Translations under genes and position numbers: made by a program
The notes under the pieces: model-generated
The model's database searches: none
What the model was told of the DNA's origin: nothing
What the model saw: only the letters and a program-made list of their open reading frames with translations
Part shown: positions 27,568 through 37,099 of the stretch, one piece after another
Layout of the letters: every line of letters starts with the position of its first letter
Numbering within the stretch: position 1 is the first letter of the stretch
NCBI GenBank assembly: GCA_900318695.1
Contig: ONLM01000205.1
Span: forward strand, 1-51,401
DNA: 51,401 nucleotides
Direction of reading: 5' to 3'
Source of the DNA: an uncultured Eubacteriales bacterium
Lineage (GTDB): Bacteria; Bacillota; Clostridia; Lachnospirales; Lachnospiraceae

Positions 27568-30240
27568 TTATACCTTAAAGCGTTCCTTTAACTCATAAAG
27601 CGAATTGATTGCATCCAGTGGTGTCATATGGTTCAAATCCAGCGACTTGAGATACTGAATGGCTTCCTTCATTCCTGCGTCTGCAGGTTCTTCTGCAACG
27701 TTTTCCGGTACGTCCGGTTTCTTTGTCTCATCTCTCCGGTCCGGATCCAGATTCTCGCCAATGCTTTCCTGCACATACGAAAACTCTCCGCTGCCAATCT
27801 TTTTGGCCGTCGCAATGATATCCGCATCACTGAGCTCTGCCGAGATTTCCTTCGCACGATCAATTACCGGCTTTGGCACACCGGCAAGGCTTGCCACATC
27901 GATACCGTACGACTGATCGGCGCCGCCCGGAATAATCTTCCGAAGAAAGACAATATCCTGATCATGATTTGTCACTGCAATGCAATAATTGTTAACGCCA
28001 TCCAGCTTTCCTTCCAGTTCCGTCAGCTCATGATAATGTGTCGCAAACAGCGTTTTCGCCTTAACCACTTTCGCAATATATTCAACCACAGCCCAGGCGA
28101 TCGACAGACCGTCAAAGGTACTGGTTCCTCTTCCGATTTCGTCAAGAATCAACAGCGATTTTGTCGTAGCGTTCCGAAGAATATTCGCCACTTCATTCAT
28201 TTCCACCATGAAGGTAGACTGACCGGATGCAAGATCATCCGATGCACCGACACGGGTGAAAATGCGGTCACAAATTGAAATATTCGCATGGGATGCCGGC
28301 ACAAAGGAACCAAGGGAAGCCATTAAAACAATCAGCGCAACCTGTCTCATATAGGTCGATTTACCTGCCATGTTCGGACCGGTAATGATGGCAATCTGTT
28401 CCTTCGCATCGTCCAGTTTTGTATCATTCGATACAAACATGCCGTCCTGGATCAACTTCTCGATTACCGGATGCCGGCCGTCCTTAATGTCAATAACCCC
28501 TTCTTCATTGATTTCCGGACGCACATAATTATTCGCCGTCGCAACTCTGGACAAAGATACCAGTACATCCAGTGTTGCAATGCAATGAGAAGTTTTCTGA
28601 ATACGCTTTAAATTCTGCGCAATCATATCCCGGATATCGCAGAACAACTCATATTCCAACTGATTCAGTTTTTCCTCTGCACCTAGAATGGTATTCTGGA
28701 GCTCCTCCAGGCGATCCGTGGTATACCGTTCGCCATTCGCCAGAGTCTGCTTACGGATAAAGTAATCCGGAACCTGCTCTTTAAAGGTATTGGTCACTTC
28801 AATACAGTAGCCGAAAATTCGATTGTATTTAATCTTCAGCGTCTTGATGCCGGTCTTTTCACGTTCCTCGGTCTCCAGGTTGGCAAGCCATTCCTTACCG
28901 TTGGTCTTGGACGCTTTGTACTTGTCGACCTCTTCATGATATCCGGCCTTGATGATGCCGCCTTCCCGGCTGGAAATCGGCGGATCCTCTTCCATCGCCC
29001 GGTCAATAAGATCATAAAGATCCCTCATCTCATCCATGTTCTCATAAAGATCCCGGATCAGCGGAGAATGGAAGCTGGATAACTGCTGGTGAATATCCGG
29101 CAGCATGCTTAAAGACTGCTTAAAGGCAATAATATCCTTCGGATTGGCCGATTTATAGCAGATTTTTCCCAGAATACGTTCAAAATCATAAATTGATGTC
29201 AGATATTCACCAATTTCTTCACGGTCAATATAGCGGTCACAGAACTCATCCACCGCATCCTGACGACGTACGATCGCATCCTTTACGATCAGCGGTTGCT
29301 CTATATAGCGGCGCAATAAACGGCCGCCCATGGCCGTTTTTGTCTTATCCAGAACCCACAGCAGCGTACCGCGCTTTTTCTTTTCGCGCATTGTTTCCGT
29401 GAGCTCTAGATTTCTCTGCGTTGCAGTATCAATAATCATATACTGGCTGCTGGTGTAATAACGGATATTGGAAATATGATCCACTGATCCCTTCTGTGTA
29501 TCATAGATATACCGCAATGCCGCACTGGCACTGAGCCTTGCCAGATCCAGATCCTGCAGCCCGATGCCCTCTATGCTGGAATGAAAATGCTTTTCCAGAA
29601 GTTCTGTTGCAGAAGTATCATTGTATACATCATTCCCCAGTTCCGTAATAATCAGGTTGTACCGGTTTTTCAACTCGTCCGTATCCATTCCGGAAATCAT
29701 AAATGCCTGATTGCATACAATTTCCGAAGGAGAAAAACGACTTAATTCATCCAGTACTTCTTTACCCGTCTTGCAGGTTGTGGTTAAAAATTCGCCGGTA
29801 GAAACATCCACCGTAGAAACACCGAATCCGGATTCGTCATAAAAAATACTCATGAGGAAATTGTTCTTTCGCTCATCCAGAACCGCATCCGATGTCATAG
29901 TACCCGGCGTCACTACACGAATGACTTCCCGTTTTACAATACCCTTTGCCATCTTCGGATCTTCCATCTGCTCCGCAATGGCAACCTTATACCCGTTGGA
30001 AACAAGCCGGGAAACATAGGAATCAGCAGCATGAAACGGAATACCGCACATAGGAGCCCTCTCACCGGTACCGCAATCCTTACCGGTAAGCACAAGATCC
30101 AATACTTCCGATGCAATTTTCGCATCTTCAAAAAACATTTCATAAAAGTCGCCGATCCGATAGAAAAGAATGCAGTCCGGATATTCTTTTTTGCTTTCCA
30201 GATACTGCACCATCATCGGTGACATCTTTTTTTCTGCCAT
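27568..30240 (-). CDS. mutS: DNA mismatch repair protein MutS
   Basis: GDFYEMF, TGPNMAGKST, DEIGRGTST, ATHYHE. Confidence 0.98.
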   Translation of the reverse strand: MAEKKMSPMMVQYLESKKEYPDCILFYRIGDFYEMFFEDAKIASEVLDLVLTGKDCGTGERAPMCGIPFHAADSYVSRLVSNGYKVAIAEQMEDPKMAKGIVKREVIRVVTPGTMTSDAVLDERKNNFLMSIFYDESGFGVSTVDVSTGEFLTTTCKTGKEVLDELSRFSPSEIVCNQAFMISGMDTDELKNRYNLIITELGNDVYNDTSATELLEKHFHSSIEGIGLQDLDLARLSASAALRYIYDTQKGSVDHISNIRYYTSSQYMIIDTATQRNLELTETMREKKKRGTLLWVLDKTKTAMGGRLLRRYIEQPLIVKDAIVRRQDAVDEFCDRYIDREEIGEYLTSIYDFERILGKICYKSANPKDIIAFKQSLSMLPDIHQQLSSFHSPLIRDLYENMDEMRDLYDLIDRAMEEDPPISSREGGIIKAGYHEEVDKYKASKTNGKEWLANLETEEREKTGIKTLKIKYNRIFGYCIEVTNTFKEQVPDYFIRKQTLANGERYTTDRLEELQNTILGAEEKLNQLEYELFCDIRDMIAQNLKRIQKTSHCIATLDVLVSLSRVATANNYVRPEINEEGVIDIKDGRHPVIEKLIQDGMFVSNDTKLDDAKEQIAIITGPNMAGKSTYMRQVALIVLMASLGSFVPASHANISICDRIFTRVGASDDLASGQSTFMVEMNEVANILRNATTKSLLILDEIGRGTSTFDGLSIAWAVVEYIAKVVKAKTLFATHYHELTELEGKLDGVNNYCIAVTNHDQDIVFLRKIIPGGADQSYGIDVASLAGVPKPVIDRAKEISAELSDADIIATAKKIGSGEFSYVQESIGENLDPDRRDETKKPDVPENVAEEPADAGMKEAIQYLKSLDLNHMTPLDAINSLYELKERFKV

Positions 30241-30286
30241 TTGTGTAACTCCTTTGCTGCCTGATTACTCCTGCCTGTGCTTACTT

Positions 30287-31726
30287 TCAGCACAGTGTTC
30301 CAAAATAATAAAAGCCCTTGGACTCATCCAGACGAACCTTCTGCATTGTACCGATCAGTTCTTCATTCCCCTTAAAATGAACCAGGATATTATTAGACAG
30401 ACGTCCCGTTAAATATCCATCCTGATTCTGGTTCTTTTCTTCCACCAGAACTTCTACTTCATGATGCAGGTCTCTGCCCTCATTCTCCGCTGAACTCTTC
30501 TGTACTGCTGCCAGCAGTTCATCGAAACGTTCCTTTACAATATCCTCCGGAACCTGCTCCATCTTTGCGGCAGGCGTTCCGGTTCTCTTACTGTAGATAA
30601 AGGTAAAGGCAGAATCGAAATGAGCCTCCTTTACAACATCCAGTGTATCCCTGAAATCCTCGTCACGCTCTCCCGGGAAGCCTACAATGATATCTGTGGT
30701 AAGTGATACGTCCGGTAACTCTGTACGAATCTTACGTACCAGCTCAAGATAACTTTCCTTGGTATAGTGCCGGTTCATCTTTTTCAAAACTGCACTGGAA
30801 CCGGACTGCATCGGAAGGTGAATGTGACGGGCAATATTCGGATGGGTTTTGATCACCTGAATCAGTTCATCGGAAAGATCCTTCGGATTCGAAGTCATAA
30901 AACGCACTCTCTTCATACCCGGAATTTCCGCCACAGCGGCAAGGAGCTCTGGAAAACTGGTCGATCCCGGAATATCATTACCATAGGAATTTACATTCTG
31001 TCCCAATAAAGTCACTTCCAGACATCCATCTGCAACCAGCTTTTCACACTCACGCAGAATATCCGTAGCATTTCTGGATTTTTCACGGCCGCGAACATAC
31101 GGCACAATGCAATAGGTACAGAAATTATTACATCCGTAGCTGATGTTTACAGATCCCTTGAATTTATATTTACGATCAGAAGGCAGATCTTCTACGATCA
31201 TTTTAGTATCATCAATAATTTCAATGGTGCGCTTTCCGCTGGATAAAGCAGCATAAAGAAGTTCCGCAAGCTTATACACATTATGCGTTCCAAAAATAAG
31301 CTTTACATACGGATAATGCTTCTTGATTCCCTCTACTTCATCCTTCTCCTGCATCATACAACCGGTAATGCCTATGATCATGCCGGGACGATTCTCATAC
31401 TGATGCTTTAATCGTCCTACACGGCCATAGAGTTTCATATTTGCATTCTCACGTATGGTACAGGTTGAAAACAGAATTACGTCGGAATCGCGATCGTTAT
31501 CTGTCATGGTATAACCGCAGCGCTCCAGAATACCCTGAAGCTTTTCGCCATCCTTGGCAGACATCTGACATCCCATGACTTCTACCATAAAGTGTGCCGC
31601 ATAGCCTTCATACTGTTTCTTCATCTCGACCAGTTCTCTGGTACGATCCATGAAATAGTACTGTCTCTCCGGCTCCTCTACCGGTGCATGATCAAAAATT
31701 TCCTTAAAATCGATATTGTAATTCAT
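30287..31726 (-). CDS. miaB: tRNA-2-methylthio-N6-dimethylallyladenosine synthase
   Basis: GCQM, TCTIRE, GCM; radical SAM CNNFCTYC; TRAM domain. Confidence 0.96.
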   Translation of the reverse strand: MNYNIDFKEIFDHAPVEEPERQYYFMDRTRELVEMKKQYEGYAAHFMVEVMGCQMSAKDGEKLQGILERCGYTMTDNDRDSDVILFSTCTIRENANMKLYGRVGRLKHQYENRPGMIIGITGCMMQEKDEVEGIKKHYPYVKLIFGTHNVYKLAELLYAALSSGKRTIEIIDDTKMIVEDLPSDRKYKFKGSVNISYGCNNFCTYCIVPYVRGREKSRNATDILRECEKLVADGCLEVTLLGQNVNSYGNDIPGSTSFPELLAAVAEIPGMKRVRFMTSNPKDLSDELIQVIKTHPNIARHIHLPMQSGSSAVLKKMNRHYTKESYLELVRKIRTELPDVSLTTDIIVGFPGERDEDFRDTLDVVKEAHFDSAFTFIYSKRTGTPAAKMEQVPEDIVKERFDELLAAVQKSSAENEGRDLHHEVEVLVEEKNQNQDGYLTGRLSNNILVHFKGNEELIGTMQKVRLDESKGFYYFGTLC

Positions 31727-31760
31727 AAACTCCTCTTATCGCTATGAAAACGGGTAGTGT

Positions 31761-33029
31761 TTACCGCACCTGCCCGTTTCCATAAATTTTATATTTATAT
31801 GTTGTCAACTCTCTTAATCCCATCGGGCCTCTGGCATGAAGCTTCGCGGTGGAAATACCGATCTCGGCCCCAAAGCCGAAACATCCGCCATCGGTAAAGC
31901 GGGTACTTGCATTCCAATACACACAAGCGCTGTCTATTTCATTTAAAAAGCGCTCTGCATTGGCCGCATCCTCCGTCAGGATGCTTTCAGAATGCCGGGT
32001 TGAATACCGGTTGATATGATCAATGGCCTCGCTCAGCGAATCCACTGTTTTTACAGAAATCCGGTAATCTAAATATTCGGTTCCAAAATCCTCTTCCGTA
32101 GCATGCAGTAAAAGCTCTTTCCGGATACCGTCTGCTCCTTCCAAAACAGCATACGCCTGCTCATCGGCAGCCGTAACGACATTCTTCTCCTGAAGTTTTG
32201 CGATTACGGGTATCAGAACCGACGAAAGGGCTTTCCGATGAACAACCAGCGATTCACAGGCATTGCACACACCTATACGCTGTGTTTTCGCATTAAAAAC
32301 GATTGGGACCGCTTTTTTCACATCTGCCGTCTCATCCAGGTAAATATGACAGTTTCCCGCCCCGGTCTCAATTACCGGTACGGAAGCATTCTCCACAACA
32401 GCCTGAATCAGACGTTTGGAACCTCTTGGAATCAGGACATCGACATAGCCGTTCAACCGCATAAAACGATTGGCCGTTTCATGATCGGTCGCTTCAATAA
32501 GCTGAATGGAATCCCGGCAGAAACCGGCTTCTGACAATGCTGTCCGGAGAACATTTGCGATTGCCGTATTCGAATAAATCGCATCCGATCCGCCCTTCAG
32601 TATTACCGCATTGGAAGTCTTGAATGTCAATGCAAATGCATCACTGGTAACATTGGGACGTGCTTCATAGATAATACCCACTACGCCAATCGGAACGCTC
32701 ATTTTCACAAGCTTTAATCCATTGTCGCGCGGAATTTCCTCCAGAACCTTTCCCACAGGATCATCCAGTCTGGCAATATCCACAATAGAGTCTGCCATAG
32801 CCTCTATACGCTCTTCCGTAAGACGCAAACGGTCCACCAGGCCTGCTGCCATCCCGTTTTTTTCTGCACTGGCAAGATCTTTGGCATTGGCCGCAAGGAT
32901 AACCTCTTTCTGCTGCCGCAATGCTGCTGCTGCCGCAAGAAGACCTCTATTTTTTTCTTCACCTGTACGCTTTACAAGATCATATGCCGCTTCACGCGCT
33001 TTCTTCCCGATTTCCTCCAGTCCGATCAT
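31761..33029 (-). CDS. proA: Gamma-glutamyl phosphate reductase
   Basis: GIIYEARPNVT, VCNACE, NASTRFTDG, HARGPMG. Confidence 0.97.
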   Translation of the reverse strand: MIGLEEIGKKAREAAYDLVKRTGEEKNRGLLAAAAALRQQKEVILAANAKDLASAEKNGMAAGLVDRLRLTEERIEAMADSIVDIARLDDPVGKVLEEIPRDNGLKLVKMSVPIGVVGIIYEARPNVTSDAFALTFKTSNAVILKGGSDAIYSNTAIANVLRTALSEAGFCRDSIQLIEATDHETANRFMRLNGYVDVLIPRGSKRLIQAVVENASVPVIETGAGNCHIYLDETADVKKAVPIVFNAKTQRIGVCNACESLVVHRKALSSVLIPVIAKLQEKNVVTAADEQAYAVLEGADGIRKELLLHATEEDFGTEYLDYRISVKTVDSLSEAIDHINRYSTRHSESILTEDAANAERFLNEIDSACVYWNASTRFTDGGCFGFGAEIGISTAKLHARGPMGLRELTTYKYKIYGNGQVR

Positions 33030-33031
33030 AA

Positions 33032-33256
33032 TCAGCCTTCCTTCTGAAATGCCTGCTTTGCGTCCTCTTCCTTCTTTTCATCCTGCTCCTTGATGTCCTT
33101 TAAATACACACCAAGATTTGCCTTGATAGAATCAATATAGGCACGGCGAAGCATTTGCTGCTCCTTTTTCTCCTGCTCGGTAAGACCGGGGCCGCCGCCT
33201 TTTTCGGATTTATGATATAACTCATTGATACGTTCTACATCTTTATCTGTAACCAT
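33032..33256 (-). CDS. DUF896 (UPF0291/YnzC-like) protein
   Basis: RINELYHK...GLTEQEKKEQQMLRRAYI. Confidence 0.85.
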   Translation of the reverse strand: MVTDKDVERINELYHKSEKGGGPGLTEQEKKEQQMLRRAYIDSIKANLGVYLKDIKEQDEKKEEDAKQAFQKEG

Positions 33257-33274
33257 ATTAACCTCATTCTGTTC

Positions 33275-34144
33275 TTATTTTTCACAAGCCTGAATATATT
33301 CAAGAATATCAAAGCTTTGATTTTTATGCGCGGCAAAAAGTGTTCCCACTTCCTTACCGGAAATCACCTCTTGAATCACTTCCGCAGAAGAAAATCTTGC
33401 AATAACCATATCTGCACCGGAATCCGTAGCGATACGTGCCGCCGCAAGCTTGGCGCTCATTCCACCGGTACCGACATTGGATCCGGATGTCGACTTGCCC
33501 ATTTTTAAAATATGCTCATCTATTACCGGTACATAGGAAATGAATTCCGCCTCCGGATTTTGCTTTGGATCATCTGTAAATACACCGTCAATATCCGAAA
33601 GAAGAATCACGAGATCCGCTCCCGTAATCGCTGCCACAATAGCCGCAAGCTGATCATTGTCTCCAAAAGACTCTACCTGTGCAATTTCCGATGTGGAAAT
33701 CGTATCATTTTCATTAACTACAGGAATGGCTCCGAGATTCAGAAGCTCAATAAATGTATTTGCCGCATTTTCTCTGGAAACAGGATTGATCATGATGTTC
33801 TTTGTCAGCAAAAGCTGTGCTGCGACTTCACTGTATTCAAAAAACAGTTTCTGGTAGGTCATCATGAGCTTTGCCTGACCTACCGCCGCAAATGCCTGCT
33901 TTTCTGCCATACTTTTAGGTCGTCTCCGAATCCCAAGGGTCTGACGGCCGGATGCAATCGCACCGGAAGATACCAGAATGACTTCCCGTCCTTCTCCCTT
34001 CAAATCCGTGATAACCCGAACCAGCTTTTCTATCTTGGAAAGATTCAGATCTCCGGTTTCCGGATGTGTAATGCTGGCAGAACCAACTTTAATCACGATA
34101 CGTTTCTTTTCCTTTAAAAGAGCTCTTTTCTGCTGACTATCCAT
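33275..34144 (-). CDS. proB: Glutamate 5-kinase, no PUA domain
   Basis: IKVGS, SSGAI, VNEND, FGDND, TGGMSAK. Confidence 0.97.
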   Translation of the reverse strand: MDSQQKRALLKEKKRIVIKVGSASITHPETGDLNLSKIEKLVRVITDLKGEGREVILVSSGAIASGRQTLGIRRRPKSMAEKQAFAAVGQAKLMMTYQKLFFEYSEVAAQLLLTKNIMINPVSRENAANTFIELLNLGAIPVVNENDTISTSEIAQVESFGDNDQLAAIVAAITGADLVILLSDIDGVFTDDPKQNPEAEFISYVPVIDEHILKMGKSTSGSNVGTGGMSAKLAAARIATDSGADMVIARFSSAEVIQEVISGKEVGTLFAAHKNQSFDILEYIQACEK

Positions 34145-34184
34145 GCAGCCTACACCTCCTGCAAATGCGACTTAATACACTAGT

Positions 34185-35828
34185 TTACAAGGAATTATAA
34201 TGTTTTACAAGAGCTTCCGCGGTTTTCATGCCGTCCATCGCGGCACTCATAATGCCGCCGGCATAACCCGCTCCCTCACCGCACGGATACAGCCCCTCCA
34301 GGTTTGACATGAAATTTTCATTTCTTGGAATGCGCACCGGACTGGATGTTCTGGCCTCCACGCCGCAAAGCAACGTGTCCGGCCGTGAAAAACCATGAAG
34401 CTTATGTTCAAACGACTCCATACCTTCCACGAAACTCTCGTTAAAATCATTCAGTGCCGCATATGGACTGTTTTCTTCAAATTGGAAAATAGAATTCAGC
34501 GTGCTGTATGCATACTGTCCCCGAATCACCGGCTGGATCTCCTGGGTTTTCTGCTTCATCTTTTCTTCCGTTGTCGCCTCATTGTTCACAAAATCATGAT
34601 ACGTTTGTACCGGAATCTTTCCATTCTGCAGACAATATGCGCGTCTCTCCACTTCTCTTTGCAGCGCAATGCCGCCCAAAGGATTCTCTTCACCATGATA
34701 GTCCGTCTTACGGATGGAAACGATAATCGCCGCATTTGCATTTCTGCTGTCCCGTGCATGATAACTCATACCGTTCACGCAAAGATGCCCTTCTTCAGAG
34801 GAAGAATTCACCACATACCCTCCCGGGCACATGCAAAAACTGTAAACGCCACGACCATTGGCTTTGCATGTATGCGTAATCTTATAAGCACCCTGCCCCA
34901 GTCGTTGCAGAACTTCCTCGGAAACCTCTCCATACAGATCTTTGTTGATCATTTCCTGTGGATGCTGCACACGAAAGCCCATGGCAAAGTCTTTTGCTTC
35001 CATATGCACGCCTGCGTCAAAAAGTTCCTGATAGGTATCTCTGGAAGAATGGCCTATAGCAAGAATAACGTTTTTCTGTCCTTCATAATGGAACTGTGTA
35101 TTGAAATGAATCTCTCCGCCCAATGCTTCGATTTCCTGTCGAATTCCTTTTACGATCGATACCAGGCAATCCGTGCCCACATGCGGCTTGGCATCGATAA
35201 GGATCGCCGGATCCGCGCCCAGGGCAACAAATTTATTCAGAATATAACGATTTCTTCCATCCTTGTCTTTGGTCAACGTATTCAGTTTTCCATCCGAAAA
35301 AGTGCCTGCGCCGCCTTCACCAAATTGAGGATTGGATTCCTTGTGGAGCTCCCCTTTATTCCAGAGATCTTCCACATCCTTCATTCGCTGTTCTACATTC
35401 TGCCCACGCTCATATACAATTGGCCGAAGCCCCGATCTGGCTAGGATCAGTGCCGCAAACATTCCTGCAGGCCCAAATCCGACAACAATCGGACGATTTT
35501 CCCGCACATTTACGAACTCCTCCTTAGGCATGCCTGCAATCGTATCCTTCAATTCCGGCTGATGATACACTTCCCGCTCCTGACAGCTGATATCCCGATT
35601 CCGCAATCCGGCTACATACGCTTCTTCCGTTTTTTTTCCAAGATCAGCCTGCAGTAATACCGTATAACTGAAATAAATATCCGGTTTTTTGCGAGCATCA
35701 ATAGAGCGCCGTAAAATCTCAAGACTTTCAATCTTATCCGGTGACAGCTTCAACATTTTTGCACAAATCGGCTTCAGTTCCCTTACCGATGCCATTACCG
35801 GCAGTTTTACCTGATTGATTTTGATCAT
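34185..35828 (-). CDS. Uncharacterised FAD-dependent oxidoreductase
   Basis: VGFGPAG, FGEGGAGTFSDGKL, FCMCPGG, GEGAGYAGGI. Confidence 0.85.
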   Translation of the reverse strand: MIKINQVKLPVMASVRELKPICAKMLKLSPDKIESLEILRRSIDARKKPDIYFSYTVLLQADLGKKTEEAYVAGLRNRDISCQEREVYHQPELKDTIAGMPKEEFVNVRENRPIVVGFGPAGMFAALILARSGLRPIVYERGQNVEQRMKDVEDLWNKGELHKESNPQFGEGGAGTFSDGKLNTLTKDKDGRNRYILNKFVALGADPAILIDAKPHVGTDCLVSIVKGIRQEIEALGGEIHFNTQFHYEGQKNVILAIGHSSRDTYQELFDAGVHMEAKDFAMGFRVQHPQEMINKDLYGEVSEEVLQRLGQGAYKITHTCKANGRGVYSFCMCPGGYVVNSSSEEGHLCVNGMSYHARDSRNANAAIIVSIRKTDYHGEENPLGGIALQREVERRAYCLQNGKIPVQTYHDFVNNEATTEEKMKQKTQEIQPVIRGQYAYSTLNSIFQFEENSPYAALNDFNESFVEGMESFEHKLHGFSRPDTLLCGVEARTSSPVRIPRNENFMSNLEGLYPCGEGAGYAGGIMSAAMDGMKTAEALVKHYNSL

Positions 35829-35866
35829 ATCTACATGTCCTTACTTAAACTATTCTTTTAAATGTA

Positions 35867-37090
35867 TTACTGCTGCTTTATCGATGCACTTCTCCCGGCA
35901 AGAATACCGGAACTCCATGCCCACTGCAGGTTATAACCGCCGCAGATACCGTCCACATCCAAAATCTCTCCCGCAAGATAAAGCCCCGGAACAGACCATG
36001 CTTCCATGGTTTCCGGATTCAACTCCCCGGTTGCAATACCACCTGCCGCACATTGCGCCTGTGCGAACGGATTTACAGAGACCGCTTCCGCTTTATATTC
36101 CGTAAGCATACCGCTTAATGCCTTAAGATTTTTTGTGGTCAGCTCTGCCACCGGCATTGCCGCATCAATATTACAGAGTTTCAGAAACGCATCTCCAAGC
36201 TTCTGATTCAGCAATCCCTGCAAAAATTTCCCGGCCGGTTTATAAAACAGCTGCTCCTTCCTTTGTTCCAAAAGGCGAAGGATTTCTTCACGGCTCTTCC
36301 CCGGAAAAAATGAAATATACACAGCCACTATTTCCTTCCGTTCCAATGCATACGCCGCAAACCGTGAAATCTGAAATACCGGAATACCGGAAATACCATA
36401 ATCAGTAAGCTGGAGTTCGCCCCGCTCCTCTGCCAGAACCGTTTTCCCGCTTTTCAGTGTCAGCTGTGCATCTGCTCTTACGCCTGCCATATCTTTATAC
36501 TGCGTTCCGCTGCAGCGAATCGCCGTCAAGGCAGGGACAGCCCAGATTTTTCTTAATCCGAGCTTCTCTGCCATGCGATAACCACTTCCATCGGAACCCG
36601 TTGCAGGAGCCGCGCAGGAACCCGCCGTAAGAATTACCCGGTCAAAACCGCGCTTTCCTTCCTGCGTCATTACCAGGAATTTTCCATTTTCTCTGCGGAT
36701 TTCCTTTACGATGCTCTCGTATCGGATCATGACCTTCTGATGCTCTAATTCATCAAGAAGTGCTGAAACCACGCTGGATGCCTGATCCGAATTCGGATAG
36801 ACATATCCGCCGCGCATCTTCGGTTCAATTCCCAGCTTCTGAAAATACGCAATCGTCTCCCTTTCATCAAATGAAGAAATGACTTTCCATGCAAACTGTG
36901 GATCTTCTCCGCGATATTTTTCGGCATCCATTACAAGATTGGTATAATTGCACCTTCCATTTCCGGTAGTCGCAAGCTTTTTTCCAACCTTTTTATTCTT
37001 TTCGTACAGTACAACATCTGCGCCATTCCTGGCTGCCTCAATTGCCGCGACCATACCCGCCGGTCCGGCGCCTATAACTGCTATTTGCAT
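35867..37090 (-). CDS. HI0933/YhiN/BaiN family flavoprotein
   Basis: IGAGPAG, TGNGRCNYTN, GISG, GEILDVDGICGGYNLQWAWSSG. Confidence 0.9.
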   Translation of the reverse strand: MQIAVIGAGPAGMVAAIEAARNGADVVLYEKNKKVGKKLATTGNGRCNYTNLVMDAEKYRGEDPQFAWKVISSFDERETIAYFQKLGIEPKMRGGYVYPNSDQASSVVSALLDELEHQKVMIRYESIVKEIRRENGKFLVMTQEGKRGFDRVILTAGSCAAPATGSDGSGYRMAEKLGLRKIWAVPALTAIRCSGTQYKDMAGVRADAQLTLKSGKTVLAEERGELQLTDYGISGIPVFQISRFAAYALERKEIVAVYISFFPGKSREEILRLLEQRKEQLFYKPAGKFLQGLLNQKLGDAFLKLCNIDAAMPVAELTTKNLKALSGMLTEYKAEAVSVNPFAQAQCAAGGIATGELNPETMEAWSVPGLYLAGEILDVDGICGGYNLQWAWSSGILAGRSASIKQQ

Positions 37091-37099
37091 AATCTCCCT

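Noticed and set aside
34395-35444. 349-aa plus-strand ORF
   Set aside because: Antisense shadow of the FAD oxidoreductase with no recognisable motifs.
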